Source: Oscillospiraceae bacterium
Lineage (GTDB): Bacteria > Bacillota > Clostridia > Oscillospirales > JAVBQB01
Reading direction: 5' to 3'
Assembly (NCBI GenBank): GCA_031549265.1
Contig: JAVBQB010000003.1
Coordinates: forward strand, 20,400 to 84,399
DNA: 64,000 nt
Made by a program: the position numbers and the translations under genes. The notes beneath the pieces are model-generated. The model was not told the DNA's origin and made no database searches. It worked only from the letters and a program-made list of their open reading frames with translations. Below are positions 55,196 through 63,167 of this stretch, one piece after another (position 1 is the stretch's first letter; each line of letters opens with the position of its first letter).

Positions 55196-57247
55196 TCAGT
55201 CTTCTTTTTTCTTGCCGCGGATGACGAGGCCCGATCCGCCGATCAGCATGCCCGCGATTCCAATGATGGCCATCGGCAGTCCGCCGGCCTTGGGCAGCTT
55301 GGGTTCGTCGATTACTTCGAATGCCGGTGCGGCGAGGGGAGGTGCAGCTTCGGCTATTTCGACAGTCTCTTCAACCGGGGTTTCTTCCACGTAAGCGAGG
55401 GGAGGTGCGGGTTCGCTGACAACTTCGGTCACAGGCTCCGCCGCGGGTACTTCGTTGGGGGTTGTGGTGGTCGTTGTGGTTGTGGTGGTTCTGGGGATCG
55501 ATCTGTCGCGGTTGGTTGTGGTCGTTGTGGTTGTGGTGGTTGTGGTCGTGGTGTTCTGGCGGTTGGTGAAGGTTACAGTCACGGTGGCGTCGGTCTGAGC
55601 CGTGATGTTGGCAATATAGGCTCCGAGGTTGTTAGGCGCAACGTTGACTGCGTCGCCGGTTCCTACCTGTACTGTGGCTCCGATCAGGGTGTAGCCGGTG
55701 ATGGCGTTTTCGCTGATCTGATATGCGCCGGAGTCAACGTCGTTCACACCGAGTTTGAAGCTGTTCGGAGCAAAGGACACGAGAGCGTCGAGCGCTGCGG
55801 TGTTGTCAATTCTGACGCCGTCGCTGTTCTGCCAAACTTTGTTTATGATAACTCTGGCTTTGGCGGGGTCTTCCTTCGGGTTTTCCTTGTTGGTTACTAC
55901 TACTTCGATAAGGGGCGCGCCGGATGTGGGTATTATGACCGTGAATTCGCCGTTAGTCAGGGGCAGGGGTTCGCCGTTGATCGTCGCCGAGATGATGGTG
56001 TAGCCCGCTACAGCGTTTTCTTTGAATGTGTAGGCGCCGGGATCCATGTCGTGGGCTATGCCCGCTGTGAGGACGATCGGGGTGCCGGATTCAATTACCT
56101 GAGTGAAAGTGGGGACAGCGGTGTTCGAGCTTTCATTGCCGCTTGCGTTCTGCCACTGTTTGTAGATTATGAGCTGGGCTTTGACGGGTTCATCGGGAAT
56201 ATCTTTCTTGTTAACCACTGTTACTACGATAGCGAGGTCGGCATCGCCCTGCTCGGGTACGGTTACGGTGAAGGTGCCGTCGTTGTTCGGTTTAACTGCC
56301 GCACCGTTGGCCGCCACGCTCTCGATGGAGTAGCCTGCTGTTGCGCTTTCGGTAAAGGTGTATTCGCCTGCGGTGATCTCAATCGCATCGGCTCCGGCTG
56401 TCAGGATTACATTGTTAGCTTCGTCGGTGAAGGTGGGAGCGTCATGCGTGATCTCATCGGGCCACTCTTTTACTATTTTGATGGTGGTCTTGGCTTCGGG
56501 CTCTTCGGGAATATCTTTCTTATTAACCACTGTTACTACGATTGCGAGGTCGGCATTGCCCTGCTCGGGTACGGTTACGGTGAAGGTGCCGTCGTTGTTC
56601 AGTTTAACCGCCGCACCGTTGGCCGCCACGCTCTCGATGGAGTAGCCTGCTGTTGCGCTTTCGGTAAAGGTGTATTCGCCTGCGGTGATTTCTGCCGGAG
56701 CAGCTCCTGCTGTCAGGGTTACTTTGTTAGCTGCGTCGGTGAATGTAGGAGCGTCATGCGTGATCTCGTCAGGCCACTCTTTTACTATTTTGATGGTCGT
56801 CTTGTATTCGGGCTCCACTACTTCGCCCCGGAATGTGATGTTGCTTATGTCTTTACTCGAATCCAATCCGATAAAGGCATATTGGCCTTTTGTCATACCG
56901 CCTTCAAATTCATACCTCAGATAGGATTGACCGGTCATACCAGGTTGTTTACCAGCGTGAAGCGCTATCCAGTCGATTCTGACATCGCCCACGACCGTTA
57001 CCTTGACTGTCGTCTTGCTAATCAGTTCAATATACAGTGCGTTCGTTTCTCCAAAAACGCTAAAAGAGGTGCTGCCCATTTCCGGTTTGTACTGTACCTG
57101 GCCGGCCCATACATTATCTGCGACAGCTACGCCGTCTACTGTTCTGTCGGTCGGGTCTGCCGCGAATGCGCCGATTCCTGTGAGTCCGAGTCCCGCGATA
57201 AAGATGAGTGCGAGTGCGAGTGATAAAAACCTGTTAGTCTTTTTCAT
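55196..57247 (-). CDS. sortase-anchored surface protein with four Cna-B/prealbumin-like repeats, poly-Thr stalk and LPKAG sorting signal
   Basis: ATG at 57247 after GAGGAG. Signal peptide MKKTNRFLSLALALIFIAGLGLTGIGAFA. Repeated KxxIKIVKxW...AGxYTFxExAxxGY modules. Two poly-Thr tracts. C-terminal LPKAGG, a hydrophobic helix and RGKKKED. Confidence 0.85.
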   Translation of the reverse strand: MKKTNRFLSLALALIFIAGLGLTGIGAFAADPTDRTVDGVAVADNVWAGQVQYKPEMGSTSFSVFGETNALYIELISKTTVKVTVVGDVRIDWIALHAGKQPGMTGQSYLRYEFEGGMTKGQYAFIGLDSSKDISNITFRGEVVEPEYKTTIKIVKEWPDEITHDAPTFTDAANKVTLTAGAAPAEITAGEYTFTESATAGYSIESVAANGAAVKLNNDGTFTVTVPEQGNADLAIVVTVVNKKDIPEEPEAKTTIKIVKEWPDEITHDAPTFTDEANNVILTAGADAIEITAGEYTFTESATAGYSIESVAANGAAVKPNNDGTFTVTVPEQGDADLAIVVTVVNKKDIPDEPVKAQLIIYKQWQNASGNESSNTAVPTFTQVIESGTPIVLTAGIAHDMDPGAYTFKENAVAGYTIISATINGEPLPLTNGEFTVIIPTSGAPLIEVVVTNKENPKEDPAKARVIINKVWQNSDGVRIDNTAALDALVSFAPNSFKLGVNDVDSGAYQISENAITGYTLIGATVQVGTGDAVNVAPNNLGAYIANITAQTDATVTVTFTNRQNTTTTTTTTTTTTTNRDRSIPRTTTTTTTTTTPNEVPAAEPVTEVVSEPAPPLAYVEETPVEETVEIAEAAPPLAAPAFEVIDEPKLPKAGGLPMAIIGIAGMLIGGSGLVIRGKKKED
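55455..55556 (-). repeat. coding microsatellite-like ACC/ACA/ACG run (two poly-Thr tracts)
   Basis: The plus strand reads GGTTGTGGTGGTCGTTGTGGTTGTGGTGGT ... GGTTGTGGTCGTTGTGGTTGTGGTGGTTGTGGTCGTGGT, encoding T12 and T10 runs separated by NRDRSIPR. Confidence 0.8.
56180..56803 (-). repeat. tandem direct repeat, 2 x 312 bp, near-identical (two Cna-B-like modules)
   Basis: Residues 155-258 and 259-362 differ at only a few positions (KTTIKIVKEWPDEITHDAPTFTD...VVTVVNKKDIP). Long identical DNA runs are visible, e.g. GGTACGGTTACGGTGAAGGTGCCGTCGTTGTTC and CACGCTCTCGATGGAGTAGCCTGCTGTTGCGCTTTCGGTAAAGGTGTATTCGCCTGCGGTGAT in both copies. Confidence 0.85.
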
Positions 57248-57809
57248 GATATTTGCTCCTCTCAATATTGTGTATTATTGTTCTATTTCGTGCCGACTTT
57301 TTCCGCGGCGTTAATCATGGCTTGATTCTAACACGCCAATATTGCTGTGTATACGACCCGTTGGCATAGTTTCACTGTTTTGGGCGGGTAGTATTTTTTT
57401 GTCCTCAGAATTTTGCAATTGATCCCGGCTCGCCCTCTCCCCCGCATTGCCGTATCATCCGGCAAAGTGCCTTCGGCGCGCCCATCTCCGTCACAAATTC
57501 CGCAACACGTTCTCCCGCATTAGTTTTGTATTCAGTACCTTGCCCGTCTGATGCCGCTGCACCCCTCGCCCTCCGCCGGATTGCATGGTAATCGGCCCGA
57601 ATCAGACACAAATCTCGTATACTACCCTCTGTAGAATTAATTCACTGTGCTTTTCATTAATTCCGGGGCATTTTCAATTTGCCCGCGTAAACCTTTATTG
57701 TTTTGTCTAAAATTAATTGACAGCCAGGTTAAAGCAAGCTCCGGAATATTGATTCGATCTAAAACATGTAACCGAAATGCGTTCGACCATTACTAATCGC
57801 AGGTGTATT

Positions 57810-57853
57810 CGCGGGTAGGGTAGGGGTGGGTAGGTACCCCTACCCTACCCGCG
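57810..57853. other. perfect 18-bp inverted repeat whose left arm is a G-quadruplex motif
   Basis: CGCGGGTAGGGTAGGGGT (57810-57827), loop GGGTAGGT, ACCCCTACCCTACCCGCG (57836-57853). The plus strand carries GGG-TA-GGG-TA-GGGG-T-GGG. No U-tract follows. Confidence 0.7.
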
Positions 57854-58048
57854 CGTACCCACTGCGGCACAGACGTATCGGCGTTTTTACCCTCTTGGCT
57901 CCGTCTGGACACCGCTGCAATCAGCCAGCGCCGCCGCATCTTGAAATATCTCCTGTGACGCGTTTTCCGCTTATCAAGCGGCGGCATGATTCTCTCAAGT
58001 CATAATTTCGGGTCGGGTCACTGGGGCCCTCGGCCGATTCCAGGCATA

Positions 58049-58087
58049 GAAAAAGCCCCGGAACCTTATGGTTCTGAGGCTTTATTC
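58049..58087. terminator. hairpin terminator (probably for the minus-strand small ORF)
   Basis: AAAGCCCCGGAACC - TTAT - GGTTCTGAGGCTTT, with one mismatch and one G-U pair. The minus-strand reading is followed by CTTTTTCT. Confidence 0.5.
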
Positions 58088-58222
58088 TGGCACGCTAGTT
58101 TGACCCAAATACGAACGTGGTAATAGTGCCAAACGGCTTTGTACTGGTTATACCATTTAACAGATAACTGTCAAAGGCGGCGGCTGGCTTATGTCAGCCG
58201 CCTCATTATTATCCTTGCTAAA

Positions 58223-58489
58223 TTAGTCGCTTTGAAGCTGTGCGGTCTCCATTCGTTTTGCCATGCTTTCACGTTCACCTGCTGTCGCTTTTCTTTTGAG
58301 TTCGGCGTTTGCCTGTTCTGACATCTCAAACTCACGCCGGTATTTTTTGAGTTGCGCCTCAAGGCTCTCCGTGCTCGGAAAGAACTTATGCAGCAGGACG
58401 ATAGTTTTGTCGCGCTTTTTGCCTGCGTTGAGTGGGTTAATACCGTCAAGCACAGCTCGTATTTGCTCGGCCTGCTTTGTGAGATGCAC
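58223..58489 (-). CDS. hypothetical coiled-coil protein (88 aa), possibly a gene remnant
   Basis: GTG start with a weak RBS. Charged, coiled-coil-like C-terminus (EAQLKKYRREFEMSEQANAELKRKATAGERESMAKRMETAQLQ). Lower-G+C context. No family recognised. Confidence 0.35.
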   Translation of the reverse strand: MHLTKQAEQIRAVLDGINPLNAGKKRDKTIVLLHKFFPSTESLEAQLKKYRREFEMSEQANAELKRKATAGERESMAKRMETAQLQSD

Positions 58490-58682
58490 TGACTGCCTGA
58501 ATACTCTTGTCGCTATTCTATAATGCTAAATGCGTCGAATGAACGCCGTGAATCGATGTATAATTGACTGTTTTCATATTAAATAATACTGAACTCTAAA
58601 TATGCCACAATAGGAATTTTTCTATAAAAAACTTGCTCCCTGCCGCATTGAGAGGACACAAAACATATTTTCAAAATGCCTC

Positions 58683-58736
58683 TTGACAAGTTAGATCACT
58701 CGTGCTAACATATGGTTAGTACGAGTGATCTAACTT
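58683..58736 (+). promoter_or_regulatory. promoter overlapped by a 49-bp near-perfect palindrome (probable TetR operator)
   Basis: TTGACA (58683-58688), 17-nt spacer, TAACAT (58706-58711). Arms AAGTTAGATCACTCGTGCTAAC (58688-58709) and GTTAGTACGAGTGATCTAACTT (58715-58736) match 21 of 22 positions, with a 5-nt spacer. They sit directly upstream of the MATE-TetR operon. Confidence 0.65.
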
Positions 58737-58754
58737 GATTTGGAGGAACTCAAT

Positions 58755-60164
58755 ATGGACGAGAGAATAGATACAGCCCCAAATCCACTGGCAACCGGAA
58801 ACGTTTGGCGGCAGCTCATACGCTTTGCAATTCCGTCAATGATAAGCCTTTTGGTGGGGGCGATTTACAATATCACTGACCAGATTTTTATAGGGCAAAT
58901 TGTCGGGATGTATGGAAACGCGGCAACCAACGTCGCCTTGCCGCTGGTCACGCTGGTGCAGGCCGTGGCCGTTTTAATCGCCTTTGGCGCGGCGGCAAAC
59001 TTTAGCTTGAGTATCGGCGCGAAGAAGCAAAAGGACGGCGCGCGCTTTGCGGGCAACGCCGTCAGCCTGTCCATTATCAGCGGCATTGTCATCATGGTGC
59101 TCACCCTTATATTTCTAAACCCGCTTATGTACGCGTTTGGCGCAACCGAAAACACCATGCCGCTGGCTCTCAACTATACCGGCATCACAGCACTTGGTTT
59201 CCCGTTCCTGCTTTTTGCGGTCGCCTGCACCGATATGATTCGCGCGGACGGCAGCCCCACCTACGCCATGATAGCCTCTATTGCAGGCGCAGTTGTAAAC
59301 GTGGGACTGGATGCGCTGTTTATGTACGGCTTCGGCTGGGGCATCACCGGCGCTGCCGTCGCCACTGTCATTGGACAAATTCTTTCTGCCGGACTGATTG
59401 CCCGCTATTTTACACGGTTCAAGAACGTGAAGCTCACGCGAGATGACTTTAAGCCGCGCCGGGCAATCGCTGTTCCCATTGCAAAGCTTGGCACACCCGG
59501 ATTCTTTGGCAGCTTCACCTCCATGGCGATGCAGGTTACTATGAACAATACGATGAATTACTATGGCGCGCTTTCGGTTTACGGCAGCGACATCCCCTTT
59601 GCCGTCATGGCGGTTGTCTCCCGTATCGGTATAGTGGTCTACGCCATCAACGCGGGATTTTCCATTGGATCGAATCCAATGATCGGCTATAACATCGGCG
59701 CAAAAAACCATTTGCGCGTCAGGGAAATCTTTTTAAAAACCGCACTGGCGATCAGCATTTCATCGGTTGCTTTTACCACGATTTTCACGATTTTCCCAAC
59801 ACAGATTGTCGGAATTTTCGGCAGCGGCAGCCCGGAATACTTTGAGTTCGCGGCAAAGTATATGCGCATCTTCATCGCGCTTATGCCCATAAGCGGGCTT
59901 GCGGCGCTGTGCTCCTTCTTTATCACAACGATGGGCAAACCTGTGCAGGGTCTCATTTTGTCCCTCTCCCGGCAGGGTATTCCGCTGATTATTCTGGCTT
60001 TAATTTTGCCTATCTTTTTCGGCATCGAAGGCATTTTGTGGGCGGGGCCGATTGGAGACTTGATCGCCATGATCCTCGCGGCAATATTTATCATCCCCGT
60101 CCTTCGGAACCTCGGTAAACAGAAAGAAAAAACACCTAAAATAACAAAGGAATGCATCGTATGA
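58755..60164 (+). CDS. MATE family efflux transporter
   Basis: ATG at 58755 after GGAGGA. N-terminal VWRQLIRFAIPSMISLLVGAIYNITDQIFIGQ is typical of MATE/NorM-type proteins. 12 predicted TM helices. Confidence 0.85.
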   Translation: MDERIDTAPNPLATGNVWRQLIRFAIPSMISLLVGAIYNITDQIFIGQIVGMYGNAATNVALPLVTLVQAVAVLIAFGAAANFSLSIGAKKQKDGARFAGNAVSLSIISGIVIMVLTLIFLNPLMYAFGATENTMPLALNYTGITALGFPFLLFAVACTDMIRADGSPTYAMIASIAGAVVNVGLDALFMYGFGWGITGAAVATVIGQILSAGLIARYFTRFKNVKLTRDDFKPRRAIAVPIAKLGTPGFFGSFTSMAMQVTMNNTMNYYGALSVYGSDIPFAVMAVVSRIGIVVYAINAGFSIGSNPMIGYNIGAKNHLRVREIFLKTALAISISSVAFTTIFTIFPTQIVGIFGSGSPEYFEFAAKYMRIFIALMPISGLAALCSFFITTMGKPVQGLILSLSRQGIPLIILALILPIFFGIEGILWAGPIGDLIAMILAAIFIIPVLRNLGKQKEKTPKITKECIV

Positions 60165-60781
60165 GCAGAGGCAGCAAACAGACATCAAAGGAAGATATTC
60201 TTGCGGCGGCTCGAAAGCTGCTCACGCAGGAGGGCAGCGCGGGCGCCTCCATGCGCGACATCGCGGCCGAGCTTAATATCGGCGTAGGGAACCTGACCTA
60301 TTACTACAAGACGAAAATTGAGCTGATGGAAGCCGTGGTGCTCGACCTGCACCAAAATGCCGAGCTGCGGCCCGCTCCCACCGACCTCGCGGGCCTTGAC
60401 GAGTTGTTTCGCATCGCTGAAAGCAAGCACGCCGAAAGCACCTATTACTTTAGAAATTACGCAAAGTTTGCGAAGGTAAGCGGTCAAATTAGAGAAATAC
60501 AGACAACCCTTTGGCAAAAGCACCGTGAAAACTGGGTGGTCATCTTGGAAAACCTGCGCGCTGCCGATCTGACTGCGCCGGAGGGCTACGCTGGACAGTA
60601 CGAGCTGTTCATTGACAGCGTGATGTTTATGATGCTTTACCGCGACAGCCGCGACGAGGTGGACGGGTATATGGGCTTTACCGCCCCTTCCCTCACCGAC
60701 TGCCTGTGGAGCCTGTTTTATCCCGTTTTGACCGAAAATGGCAAGAAAATTTACTTGGATACGATCAAAAAAACTTTGTAG
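60161..60781 (+). CDS. TetR/AcrR family transcriptional regulator
   Basis: The ATG overlaps the MATE stop (ATGA). HTH region ILAAARKLLTQEGSAGASMRDIAAELNIGVGNLTYYYKTK. Confidence 0.85.
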   Translation: MSRGSKQTSKEDILAAARKLLTQEGSAGASMRDIAAELNIGVGNLTYYYKTKIELMEAVVLDLHQNAELRPAPTDLAGLDELFRIAESKHAESTYYFRNYAKFAKVSGQIREIQTTLWQKHRENWVVILENLRAADLTAPEGYAGQYELFIDSVMFMMLYRDSRDEVDGYMGFTAPSLTDCLWSLFYPVLTENGKKIYLDTIKKTL

Positions 60782-60886
60782 AAGGGGCGGCAGCCATGTT
60801 TTATTACTATCTTTGCGCTGCCGTCACGCTTCGGTTTTTCCGTGGAGGCATGTTTGAAGGCACGGGACACATAGTGCGAAGCGCTG

Positions 60887-61138
60887 GTGAATGCTCAATA
60901 TGCAATGTCGCGCAGCCTTTCGCCGATTTTGCCGGCAACTGGTAGGCTGCTGTGGAAATCTGATGCTTATTTGATTGCACTCGCCGCCATCATGACCGGC
61001 GTTCAGCTATTCGACGGAATCATCTGGATTAAAATAAGCTGGTTTAAGACGCTGGGGCCCATTTTTACTGCGATCGGAAACGTTGCTGCGCTTGCACTTT
61101 TCCTGGTAAATTTAGTTCTAAAGGAGAGATCACAATGA
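60887..61138 (+). CDS. small hydrophobic ORF, start uncertain (possibly part of a frameshifted gene starting at 60796)
   Basis: The stop overlaps the next ATG (ATGA at 61135-61138). Two hydrophobic helices (AYLIALAAIMTGVQLF, GPIFTAIGNVAALALFLVNLVL). No convincing RBS for 60887 or 60905. Confidence 0.3.
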   Translation: MNAQYAMSRSLSPILPATGRLLWKSDAYLIALAAIMTGVQLFDGIIWIKISWFKTLGPIFTAIGNVAALALFLVNLVLKERSQ

Positions 61139-62133
61139 AAATCATTACTGTTGAAGAGCATTTTATTAATCCCGCATTGCAGCAGGCTATCATGCCGGAA
61201 ATCGAGCGTCTCGCGCCCAGCCATTTGAAGGCGTTTTCACCAGAGCAGGGATTTCACAGCAACATGGATTTTGCCGCCATAACAGACATCGGAGAGGGCA
61301 GAATAGCCAACATGGACGGCGCGGGACTCGACATGCAGGTGCTCTCCTGTAACGGCCCCAGCGCGGAGCTGCTTCTGTCCGACGAAGCGATACCTCTTGT
61401 CCGTCAGGTTAACGACCAGCTTGCCGCAGCTGTTGCGGTGCATCCCGACCGCTTTGCGGGGTTTGCGGCGCTGCCCATGTCGCAGCCGGCAGCAGCAGTC
61501 ACAGAACTCAGGCGCTGCATGAGCGAACTGCATTTCAAAGGTGCGGTTATTAACGGCACTGTACACGAACGATTTCTCGACGAGCCGGATTTCGAGCCTG
61601 TTTTGGCGGCGGCGGCCGAACTGGACGCGCCGCTGTACCTGCACCCGAGCATTATAAACCGCAACGTGCGCGACGCTTATTATACCTTCGCCGACCCCGC
61701 TTTCACCTCGCGTTTTGCTTCCGCCGGCTACGGCTGGCATGTGGAGACAGGCATTCAGGCGGTGCGGCTGATTCTCTCGGGTGTGTTTGACCGCTACCCC
61801 AACCTGCAAATTATTCTCGGACATTGGGGCGAGATGATCCCCTACATGATGGACAGAATCAACCACAGCTTCTCCGGCACAGCCACGCCCACGAAGCACG
61901 ATTTTGAATATTACATTCGAAACAATGTCTATGTCACGCCCAGCGGGCTTTTCAATATGCCGCAGTTTACAAACACGCTGGAGATGGTGGGAGCCGACCG
62001 GATTCTCTACTCGGTTGACTATCCGTATTACAAAAACGAAGGCGCAAGGGAATTTCTCGAGAACGCGCCCATATCGCAAGATGATAAGGAAAAAATCGGC
62101 CATCTCAACGCCGAAAAACTGCTTAAAATTTAA
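61135..62133 (+). CDS. amidohydrolase-2 (ACMSD / gamma-resorcylate decarboxylase-like) family protein
   Basis: MKIITVEEHFINP..., HPDRFAGFAALPMSQPAAAVTELRRCMSELHFKGAVINGT, and LYLHPS resemble non-oxidative hydroxy-aromatic acid decarboxylases of PF04909. Confidence 0.75.
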   Translation: MKIITVEEHFINPALQQAIMPEIERLAPSHLKAFSPEQGFHSNMDFAAITDIGEGRIANMDGAGLDMQVLSCNGPSAELLLSDEAIPLVRQVNDQLAAAVAVHPDRFAGFAALPMSQPAAAVTELRRCMSELHFKGAVINGTVHERFLDEPDFEPVLAAAAELDAPLYLHPSIINRNVRDAYYTFADPAFTSRFASAGYGWHVETGIQAVRLILSGVFDRYPNLQIILGHWGEMIPYMMDRINHSFSGTATPTKHDFEYYIRNNVYVTPSGLFNMPQFTNTLEMVGADRILYSVDYPYYKNEGAREFLENAPISQDDKEKIGHLNAEKLLKI

Positions 62134-62146
62134 AGGAGCGATTATT

Positions 62147-62419
62147 ATGTTAAACGCACAACAAAAAAGACAAAACAGCGTCGAACTCAAAGAAAACTTC
62201 CGCATTCTGGGCTTTGCGCCTGAGCGCATTCAGGCCGATTTGGGGCTCAGCGAAAAAGAGCTTCAGGTTACGCTCGATGTCGGCCCACGCGAAAACGCCA
62301 CCAACGTTTGGCGGCTGCGCGACTACATGGAGGACAAAATCAAGGAACAGGGCAAGACGCCCCATCCCTACACAATCCTGACAAACAACATCTATTTCCC
62401 ATATACAAAGACTTGGTAA
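62147..62419 (+). CDS. small conserved protein (90 aa; DUF2316-like from memory)
   Basis: ATG at 62147 after AAAGGAG. Protein is MLNAQQKRQNSVELKENFRILGF...NVWRLRDYMEDKI... Confidence 0.5.
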   Translation: MLNAQQKRQNSVELKENFRILGFAPERIQADLGLSEKELQVTLDVGPRENATNVWRLRDYMEDKIKEQGKTPHPYTILTNNIYFPYTKTW

Positions 62420-62495
62420 GTAAATGTTTATCGCCGCGTTTTTTAGTTTCGATTAAGGTTACTGTGTTATACTTCTTTCAAGATCAGGAAAGAAG

Positions 62496-63167
62496 GTGCG
62501 TACCTTGATTTCTTCCCGCGTACAAACGTCAGATATGTATACTCCGCAAATGGAGGATTATAATGCGTTTTACGGCGATGCGTCCGTCTTGTTCGCATGC
62601 GCTCAAAGTAAGATAACACAGCTGATACAGCTTTTCAGGGCGGAGCAGATTAACCTGAACCACAGTGATCCGATAGAACACTTTAAGTCGCGGATTAAAC
62701 GCGCAGACCATATGATGGAAAAACTTCTCCGGCGAAAGCTGCCCGTAACCCTGGACGCCGCATTACATCAAATCTACGACGCGGTCGGCTTCCGCATTGT
62801 ATGCACCTTCATAAACGATGTATATCTGGTTCGCGATTGGCTCGCGAGTCAATCAGAGATTAAAGTTATCGAAGAAAAGGATTACATTAAAAAGCCAAAA
62901 GAAAACGGCTACAGAAGCTGCCATCTGATTATAGAAATTGACGCAGAAAACGCTAATGTCTATGCGGAAATTCAAATACGAACGCTGGCAATGGATTGCT
63001 GGGCAGCAATGGAGCATCAGTTAAAATACAAACACGATATACCTCATCAGGAGATGTTTGTGCACGAGCTAAAACGGTTTGCCGATGAAATAGCCTCCAC
63101 CGATTTAAATTTGGAGGCCATACGGGAAATGATAGAAGGTGACAAGAATGAGACTGTTGTTGGCTGA
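62496..63167 (+). CDS. small alarmone synthetase (RelP/RelQ-type GTP pyrophosphokinase)
   Basis: GTG at 62496 after AGGAAAG (alternative ATG at 62535). RelA/SpoT synthetase motifs DAVGFRIVCTF, YIKKPKENGYRSCHLIIE, EIQIRTLAMDCWAAMEHQLKYK. Confidence 0.85.
   Translation: MRTLISSRVQTSDMYTPQMEDYNAFYGDASVLFACAQSKITQLIQLFRAEQINLNHSDPIEHFKSRIKRADHMMEKLLRRKLPVTLDAALHQIYDAVGFRIVCTFINDVYLVRDWLASQSEIKVIEEKDYIKKPKENGYRSCHLIIEIDAENANVYAEIQIRTLAMDCWAAMEHQLKYKHDIPHQEMFVHELKRFADEIASTDLNLEAIREMIEGDKNETVVG

Noticed and set aside
55455-55556. GGT/TGT-rich short repeats that superficially resemble a repeat array.
   Set aside because: They are in frame within the surface-protein gene and encode poly-Thr. There are no spacers or regular repeat units, so this is not a CRISPR.
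57405-57987. Minus-strand ORFs 57405-57611 (68 aa) and 57793-57987 (64 aa) in the long non-coding stretch.
   Set aside because: Neither has an RBS, both are Arg-rich, and the second runs straight through the 18-bp inverted repeat. They are more likely non-coding or decayed sequence.
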